64,000 nucleotides of DNA from Candidatus Moraniibacteriota bacterium (GTDB lineage Bacteria > Patescibacteriota > Minisyncoccia > Moranbacterales > UBA2206). The notes beneath the pieces were generated by a model, which saw only the letters and a program-made list of their open reading frames with translations, ran no database searches and was not told the origin of the DNA. The position numbers and the translations under genes were made by a program. The stretch covers positions 72,151 through 136,150 of the forward strand of contig JAUSNP010000005.1 of NCBI GenBank assembly GCA_030645735.1, written 5' to 3'. Positions 17,978 through 27,782 of this stretch are shown here, piece after piece. Numbering within the stretch: position 1 is the first letter of the stretch; each line of letters begins with the position of its first letter.

Positions 17978-18667
17978 GTGATTGAGGAATTAGCTGAAAA
18001 AATCGGCGTAAAATTTAATAATATTGAACTTTTGCAACAAGCTTTGACGCATCGTTCCTATTTGAATGAGCATCGAGACTACAAACTTGAGCACAATGAG
18101 CGCTTGGAGTTTCTGGGTGATGCTGTTTTGGAGTTGGTAGTGACCGAATATCTATATGCAAAATTTTCCAATCCAGAAGGTGAGCTGACCAATTGGCGCG
18201 CGTCATTGGTCAATGGTGAAATGTTGGCTAAGATTTCTGGTCGGATTGGTGTGGAAGAATTTTTGTTGATGAGCAAAGGTGAAGCCAAAGACACTGGCAA
18301 GGCGCGGCAATATTTGTTGGCCAACGCTTTCGAAGCTATTATCGGCGCAGTCTATTTGGATCAGAAAGAAAAAGGCTATGATGTTTGCAAAGAATTTATT
18401 TTGAAAAATGTTGTCTCTGAATTGGCTGAAATCATTGAAAACAAATCATATATGGATCCGAAAAGTCTTTTTCAAGAAAAGGCGCAGGAAAAAGTCAGTG
18501 TGACCCCGTCATACAAAGTCATTGAAGAGAGTGGCCCAGACCATGCGCGAAAATTTGTAGTTGGAGTCTATCTTGATCATGAACTGATTGCGTCTGGCGA
18601 AGGCATGTCCAAACAAGAAGCGCAAAGGAATGCGGCTGCTGCTGGGTTGGAGGCGAAAAAATGGTAA
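17978..18667 (+). CDS. rnc: Ribonuclease III (likely GTG start)
   Basis: RNase III signature ERLEFLGDAVLELVV and a C-terminal dsRBD; 229 aa. Confidence 0.9.
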   Translation: MIEELAEKIGVKFNNIELLQQALTHRSYLNEHRDYKLEHNERLEFLGDAVLELVVTEYLYAKFSNPEGELTNWRASLVNGEMLAKISGRIGVEEFLLMSKGEAKDTGKARQYLLANAFEAIIGAVYLDQKEKGYDVCKEFILKNVVSELAEIIENKSYMDPKSLFQEKAQEKVSVTPSYKVIEESGPDHARKFVVGVYLDHELIASGEGMSKQEAQRNAAAAGLEAKKW

Positions 18668-18704
18668 TATAGAATTATATAATATCAATCTGCAAAAATA
18701 AAAA

Positions 18705-21050
18705 ATGTTTCTCAAAAAATTAGAAATTTCAGGATTTAAATCTTTCGCCAACAAGACTTCGTTGGATTTTTCGATTTCTCACGATGGCGTGCGGGGCATC
18801 ACGGCAGTGGTTGGACCAAATGGCTCTGGCAAATCAAACATTGCTGATGCTTTGCGTTGGGTGATGGGTGAGCAGTCGATGAAAAATTTGCGTGGCAAGA
18901 AATCTGACGACATCATTTTTGCTGGTTCTGGAAAGAAAGCCCGTCTCGGTAGTGCGCAAGTAACTTTGTATTTCGACAATGCGGACAAAAAAATTCCTTT
19001 GGAATTTGACGAAGTTTCCATTACACGAAAAATATATCGCAGTGGTGAAGGTGAATATTTGATCAACGGTTCACGGGCACGTTTGCAAGACGTGGTGGAT
19101 ATTTTGGCTAAGGCTGGGATTGGCAAGGAAAGCTATTCAATTATCAATCAAGGTATGGCCGATGCAGTTTTGAATGCCACACCACTTGATCGTCGTTCAA
19201 TCATTGAAGAGGCAGCTGGCGTGAAGCAATATCAAATCAAGAAAGAAAGATCTTTGCGTAAACTGGATTCAACTCGTGAGAATTTGGACAAGGCGCGTAG
19301 TTTGGCCGAAGAAATCAAACCGCATTTGAAGATGCTCAAGCGTCAAGCGGAAAAAGCTTCTCAAAGTGAAGGGGTCATCAAAGAACTGCGGGAAAAACAA
19401 CTCACTTTGTATACCTATTTGTGGAACAATTTCCAACAAGAAAAAAACACTTTTAATCTTGCTAAGGAAGAAATGGGCCGCACGATGATGAATATGCAAC
19501 GTGATGTGGACAAATTGGCGGATGAGCTCAATCGTGAAGCGAAAGTGGATGAGGTGAATGTTGCGTTAGGAGAATTGGAAAAACAGAAAAGTGAAAAAAG
19601 AAATCAGCTCAATCAGCTTGATCGCGATTTGATTGTGACTGAAGGCCGCATTGAAATTGAAAAAGAAAAACAGAAGAACATTGAAATGATTGAGGAAATC
19701 AAGGTGCAAAGTATCCCAGTGGATTTGCACTATGTGCGCAAGGGTATTGAGGATATTCGCGCGGAACAAGAAAAATTGATTGCCCAAATTGAAAACGCTG
19801 AAAGCCTGGATGACTTGCAAGATATCAAAGAATTCGCCCGTTCCATCCAGCAACGATTGTTTGAACTCAAGGCAGATATTGAAAATGGCAAAAAAGATAA
19901 AAATGTTGTAGAGACGCCCCAACGGGACGTCTGTACGGCTAAACCAGTTGTGGTTGCAACGGTTGATTCAACGGCAATTATTGAATTCAAAGAAAAGACT
20001 ATCAAATTGCGTGAAGACATTGCCAAAATTGAAATTGAAATCAAAGACATCGAACAAAAAATTGAAGCCGAAATTCAAGCTGATCGACAGAAGCGACAAA
20101 AATTCTTTGAAGTGGAGAGAAGTTTCCGCGCCAAGCAGGAAGAGTTGAACAAAATGAAAGACCAGTTCAATGATTCCAAGGTGGCTTTGGCGCGTGTGGA
20201 GGTGCATGAAGAGGATTTGCGCGCGGATGTTTTGAAAGAATTGAGCTTGAATGTGGAAGAATTGAAACAAGAAATTTCACAAATTGATCGTGGACAATTG
20301 GAACGAGACATTACTCGGCTCAAGGGTCAGATGGAACAGATTGGTGGCATCGATCCGTTGGTGGTGGAAGAATATGAAGAAACCAACAAGCGTTTCGAAT
20401 TTTTGACCAAAGAGTCTGAGGATTTGGAGAATGCCATCGTGTCATTGCGAGAAATCATCAAGGAAATGGATCAAAAAATCAACGGTGAGTTTTCAGCAAC
20501 TTTTGAAGAAATCAACAAGGAGTTCACAAAATATTTCCGTATCATCTTTGGTGGTGGCAATGCCAGTTTGAAAAAAGTTGAGGTTAGAAAACGATCATAC
20601 AAATCCAAAGATGAAGTTGAAGGTGGTGCCGAAGAAGGTGAGGAGTTGCCAATTGAAACTGAAGAGGAACGACGAGAAAAATCAGATATTGGGATTGACA
20701 TCTCGGCTTCACCTCCGGGCAAGAAAATTAGCAACCTCTCAATGCTTTCTGGTGGCGAAAGATCATTGACTTCGTTGGCCTTGCTCTTTGCTATCATTGC
20801 GCACAATCCACCGCCATTTGCGGTTTTGGATGAAGTTGAAGCTGCTTTGGACGAGGCCAATTCCAAGCGCTTTGGCCGTATCATTCAAGAGCTTTCAGGC
20901 AGCACGCAGTTTGTGACCATCACGCACAATCGTGAAACTATGCGCCAAGCTTCAGTTTTGTATGGCGTGACAATGGGTGATGAAGGAATCTCCAAGCTCT
21001 TGTCAGTTCGTTTGGACCAAGTTGGTCAAGGAGGTCGAATTTTGCAATAA
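18705..21050 (+). CDS. smc: SMC-family chromosome segregation ATPase (unusually short, 781 aa)
   Basis: N-terminal Walker A GPNGSGKSN, long coiled coil, C-terminal LSGGERSLTSLALLFAI...AVLDEVEAALD signature/Walker B; no obvious canonical hinge. Confidence 0.8.
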   Translation: MFLKKLEISGFKSFANKTSLDFSISHDGVRGITAVVGPNGSGKSNIADALRWVMGEQSMKNLRGKKSDDIIFAGSGKKARLGSAQVTLYFDNADKKIPLEFDEVSITRKIYRSGEGEYLINGSRARLQDVVDILAKAGIGKESYSIINQGMADAVLNATPLDRRSIIEEAAGVKQYQIKKERSLRKLDSTRENLDKARSLAEEIKPHLKMLKRQAEKASQSEGVIKELREKQLTLYTYLWNNFQQEKNTFNLAKEEMGRTMMNMQRDVDKLADELNREAKVDEVNVALGELEKQKSEKRNQLNQLDRDLIVTEGRIEIEKEKQKNIEMIEEIKVQSIPVDLHYVRKGIEDIRAEQEKLIAQIENAESLDDLQDIKEFARSIQQRLFELKADIENGKKDKNVVETPQRDVCTAKPVVVATVDSTAIIEFKEKTIKLREDIAKIEIEIKDIEQKIEAEIQADRQKRQKFFEVERSFRAKQEELNKMKDQFNDSKVALARVEVHEEDLRADVLKELSLNVEELKQEISQIDRGQLERDITRLKGQMEQIGGIDPLVVEEYEETNKRFEFLTKESEDLENAIVSLREIIKEMDQKINGEFSATFEEINKEFTKYFRIIFGGGNASLKKVEVRKRSYKSKDEVEGGAEEGEELPIETEEERREKSDIGIDISASPPGKKISNLSMLSGGERSLTSLALLFAIIAHNPPPFAVLDEVEAALDEANSKRFGRIIQELSGSTQFVTITHNRETMRQASVLYGVTMGDEGISKLLSVRLDQVGQGGRILQ

Positions 21051-21158
21051 ATTGGTAATTTGAGGTCAATAATTGACAACTTTAGGAGGATAGTATAAAC
21101 TGGTTAAGTAACTAAAAATAAGCTTTAAATTAGGAATAAAATATTCCCGAATTGAATT

Positions 21159-21533
21159 ATGTTAACTATAAGATTTGCAAGAGTTGGAAAAAGGAATATG
21201 GCTCAATTTAAGATCATGCTACAAGAGCACACAATCGCTCCTGGTGGTCGTCACATTGAGGTTTTGGGTAGTTATAACCCACATTCAAAAGAGGCTGTTT
21301 TGAAAGCAGATCGAATTCAATATTGGGTTTCCAAGGGAGCTCAAATGTCTGATACAGCTTGTAATCTTTTTGTGAAAAAGGGTGTTATTGAAGCAACAAA
21401 AAGACGAGTTAAGGTGCCAGCTAAGAAAGTTGAGGCGGTTGTTGAAGAAGTTAAGGCTGAAGCTGCTCCAGTTGCTGAGGAAGTGAAGACAGAAGCTGCT
21501 CCAGTTGCGACTGAAGAGCCAAAAGCTGAATAG
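21159..21533 (+). CDS. rpsP: 30S ribosomal protein S16 with an Ala/Glu-rich repetitive C-terminal tail
   Basis: MLTIRFARVGKRN...; tail repeats EEVKAEAAPVAEEVKTEAAPVA. Confidence 0.9.
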   Translation: MLTIRFARVGKRNMAQFKIMLQEHTIAPGGRHIEVLGSYNPHSKEAVLKADRIQYWVSKGAQMSDTACNLFVKKGVIEATKRRVKVPAKKVEAVVEEVKAEAAPVAEEVKTEAAPVATEEPKAE

Positions 21534-21539
21534 TTTGAC

Positions 21540-21674
21540 AAAAGACAAATTTCATATAGAATAAATATAATATCCGTAGACAGTAGGCATCCATAAGCCC
21601 TACCGAGGAAGGCCAAAGTGGCTTTTTAGTCTGCGATCAAACGCAGATTTTAATTTTTTAAAGGCACTATCAAT
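21540..21674 (+). promoter_or_regulatory. Candidate structured ribosomal-protein L10 leader (autoregulatory 5' UTR of rplJ-rplL)
   Basis: 135-nt untranslated region with hairpins gcc-aaagt-ggc+TTTTT and tctgcg-atcaaa-cgcaga+TTTT directly before rplJ; position matches known L10-leader regulation in other bacteria. Confidence 0.4.
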
Positions 21675-22190
21675 ATGCAAACTAAAGTACAAAAGGAAGT
21701 TATCATAAAAGATCTAGTTGAAAAATTGAAGGTCTCCAAGGCAGTTGTTTTTTCTGACTACAAAGGATTGAATGTGAAAGACATGACTCAACTTCGTCGC
21801 GATTTGCGAGCTGAGGGTGTGGATTTGCAAGTTTTGAAAAAAACTTTGATGAATCGAGCCTTGAAAGATGCTGGTATTGAAATGGATGCCAAGAAATTGG
21901 AAGGACAAGTGGCCATCGCTGTTTCAAGCAAAGATGAAGTGGCTGCAGCTAAGATTATTGCTAAGCTTGCTAAGATTAATGAAAATTTGAAAATTGTTGG
22001 AGGAATTTTGGGAACCAAAGAATTGTCAGCAGAGGAAGTGAACGCTTTGGCGAAACTTCCAAGCAAGGAAGAATTGTTGTCCAAATTGGTTGGAACTCTT
22101 AATGCTCCAGTTTCAGGATTCGTTAATGTTTTGGCTGGCAATATGAGAGGATTTGTGACTGCCTTGCAGGCAATTGCAGACAAGAAATAA
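21675..22190 (+). CDS. rplJ: 50S ribosomal protein L10
   Basis: 171 aa; L10 N-terminal pattern KDLVEKLKVSKAVVFSDYKGLNVKDMTQLRRDLR. Confidence 0.9.
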   Translation: MQTKVQKEVIIKDLVEKLKVSKAVVFSDYKGLNVKDMTQLRRDLRAEGVDLQVLKKTLMNRALKDAGIEMDAKKLEGQVAIAVSSKDEVAAAKIIAKLAKINENLKIVGGILGTKELSAEEVNALAKLPSKEELLSKLVGTLNAPVSGFVNVLAGNMRGFVTALQAIADKK

Positions 22191-22237
22191 TAAAGAGTTA
22201 ATTAAGTAATTTTTTAATAAATCATTAATCAAAAAAT

Positions 22238-22642
22238 ATGACAGAAGAAAAAAAGGACGTAGTAGTGCCAGAAAAATTCCAAAAGCTTGTTTCTGAAATC
22301 GAAACAATGAGTGTTTTGGACCTAAGTGAGTTGGTGAAAGTTCTAGAAGAAAAATTTGGTGTTAGCGCTGCTGCTCCAATGATGATGGGTGCTGCTCCTG
22401 CTGCTGAGGCTGGTGCTGCTGTAGAAGAAAAATCAGAATTCGATGTTGAAGTGACTGCTTCAGGTGCTTCAAAAATCAACGTAATCAAGGTTGTACGAGA
22501 AGTGACTGGTCTTGGTTTGAAAGAAGCTAAGGATCTAGTTGATGCTGCTCCAAAAGTTATCAAAGAAAAGGTATCAAAGGCTGATGCTGACGCTATGAAG
22601 AAGAAATTGGAAGAAGCTGGTGCAACTGTAACTTTGAAATAG
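22238..22642 (+). CDS. rplL: 50S ribosomal protein L7/L12
   Basis: Ala/Gly hinge and C-terminal domain [24 protein letters not shown]...[11 protein letters not shown]; 134 aa. Confidence 0.92.
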   Translation: MTEEKKDVVVPEKFQKLVSEIETMSVLDLSELVKVLEEKFGVSAAAPMMMGAAPAAEAGAAVEEKSEFDVEVTASGASKINVIKVVREVTGLGLKEAKDLVDAAPKVIKEKVSKADADAMKKKLEEAGATVTLK

Positions 22643-22664
22643 TTTTCAAAAAACTTTCAATACA

Positions 22665-22700
22665 AAAAAGAAGCTCGTAATTGAGCTTCTTTTTTTTGTT
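22665..22700 (+). terminator. Intrinsic terminator after rplL
   Basis: AAGAAGCTC-gtaatt-GAGCTTCTT followed by T8. Confidence 0.65.
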
Positions 22701-22707
22701 TTTCTTC

Positions 22708-22807
22708 TGTCATTGCGAGCGACTGAAAGGAGCGCGGCAATCCCATGATTCGTGCATCAGAACTAGAGATTGCCACAGTCGTTCTGCGGAACTCCTTCGC
22801 AATGACA
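22708..22807. repeat. Miniature inverted-repeat element (TGTCATTSC-TIR family), copy 2
   Basis: Termini ctgtcattgcgag...ctccttcgcaatgacaa; internal inverted repeat gcggcaatc...gattgccac. Confidence 0.55.
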
Positions 22808-22826
22808 ATTGTTGTTTAGTTCTTTT

Positions 22827-23885
22827 CTAAAGCAAATGATAAATCAATTTTATAATTGGGAAAATCAGATAATCAACCAGGCTCATTTTATATCTCCGGG
22901 GGTTGTAAATAGATGCTTCTTTTTCCCAGCGTAGAATTATTTTACGCAATTCTGCAACAATGTTCTTTTGTTTGAAGAAGACGCCAGATTCAGCATTGAA
23001 ACTGAAGGATAGGAAATCGATATTTTGTGAACCAACTAGACCTTCCTGATCATCAATTAGCATGATTTTGGCATGATTCATTTCGCGACCAAGAAAAAAC
23101 TTCACACCAAGTTGAGACAGATTGTAAATATGATGTTGATTGGCGCGGTCAACCAGTGGTAAATCGGTTTTTCTAGGTATGATTATTTCAACTTTAACTC
23201 CGCGTCTGACGGCACCATCCAGAAGAGCGGCGAACCAGCGTGGAGGAGTGAAATAAGGGGTGACAATGCGAATGCTTTTTTGAGCTGACAAGATTTTGCG
23301 AGTATAAATTGATTTCAAAGAATACATGCCTAATACTGGCCAATGTTCCAAAAACCAAAATTTTAATTTGCTAGTCAAAGTTTTTTTGCGGAGCATTAGA
23401 ATATGTTTGTTTTTGCCACCCGCCATTTCATATGTATAGGCAAAAGAGGTGACAACAGGTCGAATGACCTTGCCTTTCAATTTCAATTGCAAATCGTTCC
23501 AGGCAGCGAATTTCTTGCCGATGTTGACGCCTCCGACAAAAGCCACATTTTCATCGACAATCAAAATCTTGCGGTGAATGCGTCGCAACCAATCGCTGAA
23601 AAAGACAACTTCAATGCCAGCTGACTGCATAGATTTGATAGATTTTTCACTAAGGTCTGAACTGCCAAAAGCATCTAGCACTAGAATCACCTTGATGCCT
23701 TGTTTGGCTTTTTTTGTGAGTTTGCCAATGAAATCATGACTGCTCGTTGTATCTTCTTGAAAAATATACATTTCCAAAAAGATTGATTTTTTGGCTTGGT
23801 CGATTTCGCTCAGCATAGCATCCCATGCCTTGGTTGAAGTTGTATAAATTTTATATGCCATAGTTTCAATTATATAGCATCTCAC
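22827..23885 (-). CDS. Cardiolipin synthase / phospholipase D family (two HKD motifs); true start probably an internal Met (MAYKIY)
   Basis: HRKILIVDENVAFVGGVNIG and HAKIMLIDDQEGLVGSQNID HKD motifs. Confidence 0.8.
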   Translation of the reverse strand: MRCYIIETMAYKIYTTSTKAWDAMLSEIDQAKKSIFLEMYIFQEDTTSSHDFIGKLTKKAKQGIKVILVLDAFGSSDLSEKSIKSMQSAGIEVVFFSDWLRRIHRKILIVDENVAFVGGVNIGKKFAAWNDLQLKLKGKVIRPVVTSFAYTYEMAGGKNKHILMLRKKTLTSKLKFWFLEHWPVLGMYSLKSIYTRKILSAQKSIRIVTPYFTPPRWFAALLDGAVRRGVKVEIIIPRKTDLPLVDRANQHHIYNLSQLGVKFFLGREMNHAKIMLIDDQEGLVGSQNIDFLSFSFNAESGVFFKQKNIVAELRKIILRWEKEASIYNPRRYKMSLVDYLIFPIIKLIYHLL

Positions 23886-23922
23886 CGTTAGCGCAATTTT
23901 TTAAATAGAGTAGAATGGAAAT

Positions 23923-24531
23923 ATGAATAAAATCGTCCGAATATTTGTCGCCATTTCAATTTTATTGATTATAATTTTATTGCCAATTTTTGTGTTGGTT
24001 TGGCAGGGGGATGTTGTGGTGCAAAAAGTTGCAGCTTTACAAAACAGCGAATCGTCTAAAGCAGATGCTCAAATTTATGCTGAGCATACCCTAGGATTTT
24101 TATTGAACACTGACAATCTGCCAGCGCAAATGACTGAATCAGAGGCAGCCCATATGCAGGATGTGAAAAATTTGTTTGTGGTAGGGGAGTGGATGCTGGT
24201 GATTTCGATAATGATTTTAGTAGGGAGTTATTTTATATTAAAAAATCCGCAAACTTATTGGTGCAGTCTACGAGCCGGATCAGTTTTGACAATTATTATA
24301 ATAATTTTGTTGGGTATTTTTATGTTGTTTGATTTTGAAAATATTTTCATCCACTTTCACCAAATCTTCTTCCCGCAAGGCAACTGGATTTTCCCCTCAA
24401 ATTCATTGATGATTCAGATTTTTCCTGAGAGTTTGTTTGAGTGGTTGGGGATGATGAGCACTTCGGCCAGTTTATTTTTGGCTGGTATTATAGCTATTTT
24501 TTCACAATACAAAATAAAGAAAGGCACATAG
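23923..24531 (+). CDS. Hypothetical polytopic membrane protein
   Basis: 202 aa with several hydrophobic helices. Confidence 0.45.
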   Translation: MNKIVRIFVAISILLIIILLPIFVLVWQGDVVVQKVAALQNSESSKADAQIYAEHTLGFLLNTDNLPAQMTESEAAHMQDVKNLFVVGEWMLVISIMILVGSYFILKNPQTYWCSLRAGSVLTIIIIILLGIFMLFDFENIFIHFHQIFFPQGNWIFPSNSLMIQIFPESLFEWLGMMSTSASLFLAGIIAIFSQYKIKKGT

Positions 24532-24580
24532 CTTGTTAGCTTTGTGCCTTTCGGAGTGTTATAACGATAGCAGGGTGTTT

Positions 24581-25174
24581 TTATGATTTATCCTGCTTCC
24601 AGATTATGACATTGTTATCGTTGAGATGAGCGGCGGCGGTATCGAGTATAGTAGTTGGATTGCCACCGCGGACAGTGATCTTGTTTTGGCCTTCAGTTTT
24701 CGCGAGAAGTGTAGTGGCCAATTCTCGCAAGGCGGGTATATCTTGCGGGTCAATATGTCCCGTACAAGAAATAAGTGCCGTGTCCTTTGGACTGATACTG
24801 AACCAGCTTCGTGGCTTGCTATCAGCAGAAAGACGTACGACCTTGTAGTCATCGCGGATAGCGATGCCATGCGGGCACTTGATGTCGAGATTAGCCCAAA
24901 TGGTTTCCCAGAGCATTTTATAGAAGTTTCCAGTTAAGCGAGGCCCTTCAGACAAACATAGTCCAGTGTAGAGAGCTTTTTCTTTGACGGTGAGCTCTCG
25001 GACGATGACCTCACTACTTTTATCAACTGAATCTGCCGGCGCTGGTGTTGGCTCGAATGAGTCACCACCTCCAGTAAGCATGGCCTCAAAAGCTGACCAA
25101 AACGGCAAGAGCTCTTTGAGCATGCCAAGAAGATCCATAAGAGAAACTCTTTCCTGCGGATTGATGTTGTCCAC
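24581..25174 (-). CDS. Hypothetical protein (GC-elevated island gene; GTG start with strong SD)
   Basis: 197 aa; GAGGAGG 7 nt before GTG; about 50% GC versus about 35-38% in the surrounding core; no known motif. Confidence 0.5.
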   Translation of the reverse strand: MDNINPQERVSLMDLLGMLKELLPFWSAFEAMLTGGGDSFEPTPAPADSVDKSSEVIVRELTVKEKALYTGLCLSEGPRLTGNFYKMLWETIWANLDIKCPHGIAIRDDYKVVRLSADSKPRSWFSISPKDTALISCTGHIDPQDIPALRELATTLLAKTEGQNKITVRGGNPTTILDTAAAHLNDNNVIIWKQDKS

Positions 25175-25222
25175 TTCATTTCCTCCTCGTACTTTTTTTG
25201 AGTTTGTGTTGCTTTGTGAATT

Positions 25223-25438
25223 TCACAGTGATCCTAAAAGAGTATTGATTGCATCTCGTAACTCATCATATCCAAAAAAACGTCCTTTGGATTTGACATC
25301 TCCGATTTCATTGCCCTCCTTGTATATCCTAAATGTTTGGTTGCGGATAGTTTTGAGCGTATCTGCTGGGCCAATAAGTACTCCCAGCTCTAGGTCAATA
25401 GTCATCAAATCATGAACAGTTAATTCTGTCCTTCTCAT
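25223..25438 (-). CDS. Hypothetical small protein (probably starts at the internal ATG, MRRTEL...)
   Basis: SD GGGGGTG 9 nt upstream of the ATG at 25436-25438; co-oriented with and just upstream of the 24581 ORF. Confidence 0.4.
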   Translation of the reverse strand: MRRTELTVHDLMTIDLELGVLIGPADTLKTIRNQTFRIYKEGNEIGDVKSKGRFFGYDELRDAINTLLGSL

Positions 25439-25689
25439 GTGAATTTTCACCCCCAGTTGATTTTTTCATATTGTTAAAGAATTAATAAATTCTAGCAAGG
25501 GTGGGGTGGAAAGTCAATGTTGATTGGAAAAACTAAAAACCTATTCTTTGGGAATGAATCCATACTTTGTTATGGCTATATAGTGGGACGAAGCTAGAAC
25601 TTGCCTTTTTGAATTAGCGCAGTCGTAAGGCTTAGTAGGGTTTTTATGATATAATAAGGCTATATTTATTCAAAAAGATAATTTTTTTT

Positions 25690-26022
25690 ATGTCTAAAAT
25701 AACGGCATTTTTACTCGCGATAGCTCTATCAGTTATTACTGTACTTGCGGACTATTTCATCAAGGAGGCATCATTGAAAACTTCAGTTTGGAGCAAAGCG
25801 CTCTTAGTAGGGAGTTTGATTTATGGGCTGACAGGTCTTGGATGGGTGTTTGTCACGAGACACATGAAACTTTCAACTCTGGGTGTTGTCTACGGAGTAA
25901 GTTGTATAAGTTTATTGGTTCTAGTGAGTGTGTTTACATTTAATGAGAAAATAACTACTATAGAAATTTTTGGAATCATTCTCGGCATGAGTTCTATTAT
26001 AATTTTATATAGATTTGCTTAA
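25690..26022 (+). CDS. Small 4-TM membrane transporter, SMR/DMT-like
   Basis: 110 aa, four hydrophobic helices, EmrE-like size and architecture. Confidence 0.45.
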   Translation: MSKITAFLLAIALSVITVLADYFIKEASLKTSVWSKALLVGSLIYGLTGLGWVFVTRHMKLSTLGVVYGVSCISLLVLVSVFTFNEKITTIEIFGIILGMSSIIILYRFA

Positions 26023-26069
26023 TTTAAAAGCGCCCTTGAGGGGCGCCTTTAAATTTGATTGGGTTGGGG
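26021..26069. repeat. 49-bp direct repeat, copy A (terminator hairpin plus flank)
   Basis: aatttaaaagcgcccttgaggggcgcctttaaatttgattgggttgggg; 48/49 identical to 27544-27592. Confidence 0.7.
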
Positions 26070-26207
26070 CTATGGGACGAAGTTGGAACTTTGTCGTCCT
26101 CAGATTTAGTTATGCGTGAACAACACATTTGCAAAAATGCACAGAGATGGTAATATAATACATTGTTCTTTAATTTATGAATAAACTAATCACGAAGGAG
26201 ATATAGC

Positions 26208-27428
26208 ATGAGCATAAAGGCCATTATAGTGAAAATCCTTCCTGCATTTAAAGGACGGAATTATCGCCTCCATGTTTGGGGACAATTAATCTCATCTTCC
26301 GGCACTTGGCTTCAAAATGTCACCATGGGCTGGTACATTTGGGATCTGACTCATTCGGAGAGTCTAACTGCTTTGATTTTGGCAATGCCACGCTGTGTCA
26401 GCGCATGTCTGACGATATTTGGAGGAATAATTTCAGACAAGTTTGACAAGAGAGCAGTGCTATATGTCACTAATTTTCTGGGCATGGCACAAGCGATGTT
26501 ACTGGGCTATATGGTAATTAATAATGTTTCGCGTATATGGATTGTTATATTACTTTCCATTTGCTTGGGACTAATTAATGCCATTGACGGACCGGCTCGC
26601 CATTCTTTTCTCCCTGAAATTGTTGACCGAACTGAAATAAGACAAACGAGTTCGTTTAATTCCGCCATCGGTCAGTCGTCTCAATTTGTCGGTTCGAGTC
26701 TTGGCGCAGTGCTACTTGGATTAATCGGAACTGGCTGGACATTTGTCTTGAACGGTCTATCATTTATGGCTGTTATAATTATGCTTAGGATGATGAAAAT
26801 CGACAAGAAAACGGAGATTAGGAAAGACCAGAATAACTATTTCAGGATGTTTAAGGAGGGCGTGGCATATGTCGCTCGTCAACCAAAGATTCGCTGGTAT
26901 CTGGTACTTATTGGAAGTCTAAATTTTTTCGGCTTTTCATACCGAGGGATACTTCCTGTCGTAGTTGAGCAAATTTTTCATTCCGGGGCGAAAAATTATG
27001 CAGTGCTTATGGCTTGTGCCGGAATAGGTGCTCTTATCGGATCCACATTGTCCTCAGCAAAATCAAAGATTTCATTGAATTTTTTTGTTGTTTGCGGAAG
27101 CTTGATTGTTGGTTCCGCATTAATCCTGTTTACTTTGACATCTGTTTTTATACTGGGCATGTCGCTTATGTTTGCTGCAGGTTTCGGTTTAACCCTAAGC
27201 TCATCTAGTGTGCGAGGGGAGTGTCAGGAAGTGATGTCATCGGATATGCGAGGCAGAGTCAATGGCTTTGTTATGATGTTTGCGCTCGGTGGCACAGGTC
27301 TTGGAGGCATAGTAACGGGAAAATTAGCAGAGCTATTTGGAAGCCAATTAGCGCTGATAGTAAGCGGCGTTATGCTGATTATTATCGCCATCATTGTTTT
27401 TGTATTAGACAGGCTTTCAAAACATTAA
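26208..27428 (+). CDS. MFS transporter (EntS/macrolide-efflux-like)
   Basis: 406 aa, about 12 TM segments, MFS-type motifs; SD AGGAG upstream; terminator hairpin GTCCTTTCC...GGAAAGGAC at 27470-27498. Confidence 0.8.
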   Translation: MSIKAIIVKILPAFKGRNYRLHVWGQLISSSGTWLQNVTMGWYIWDLTHSESLTALILAMPRCVSACLTIFGGIISDKFDKRAVLYVTNFLGMAQAMLLGYMVINNVSRIWIVILLSICLGLINAIDGPARHSFLPEIVDRTEIRQTSSFNSAIGQSSQFVGSSLGAVLLGLIGTGWTFVLNGLSFMAVIIMLRMMKIDKKTEIRKDQNNYFRMFKEGVAYVARQPKIRWYLVLIGSLNFFGFSYRGILPVVVEQIFHSGAKNYAVLMACAGIGALIGSTLSSAKSKISLNFFVVCGSLIVGSALILFTLTSVFILGMSLMFAAGFGLTLSSSSVRGECQEVMSSDMRGRVNGFVMMFALGGTGLGGIVTGKLAELFGSQLALIVSGVMLIIIAIIVFVLDRLSKH

Positions 27429-27543
27429 TTTTATGTAGTAAAATCAGAAATAAAGCAAAGTCCTTTCCTATTGTATGGGAAAGGACTTTCTTAATTGTCT
27501 GCATCCATATACACCCGTCCGAATCCCTCTCTAAAATAAATCA

Positions 27544-27592
27544 AATTTAAAAGCGCCCTTGAGGGGCGCCTTTAAATTTAATTGGGTTGGGG
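27544..27592. repeat. 49-bp direct repeat, copy B, abutting the tRNA-Gln 3' end
   Basis: Near-identical to 26021-26069; the last bases overlap the acceptor 3' end of the minus-strand tRNA. Confidence 0.7.
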
Positions 27593-27658
27593 AGGAGGGA
27601 TTCGGACCCCCGGATGCATGGACCAAAACCATGTGCCTTACCACTTGGCTACTCCCCA
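27587..27658 (-). tRNA. tRNA-Gln (anticodon UUG inferred)
   Basis: Reverse complement TGGGGAGTAGCCAAGTGGTAAGGCACATGGTTTTGGTCCATGCATCCGGGGGTCCGAATCCCTCCTCCCCA folds as a cloverleaf: 7-bp acceptor, D-loop AAGTGGTAA, anticodon stem CATGG/CCATG with loop UUUUGGU, T-arm GGGGG-UCCGAAU-CCCUC. The T-loop is slightly atypical (C55). Confidence 0.6.
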
Positions 27659-27782
27659 ATGTAATAAAATTCGAAATTCGAACATCGAAATTCGAGACAA
27701 TATCTAATATTAAAATTTTAAATAATTAAACAATTCTGTATCTTTTGAATTTGTTTCGGATTTCTTATTTCGTGCTTTGAAT

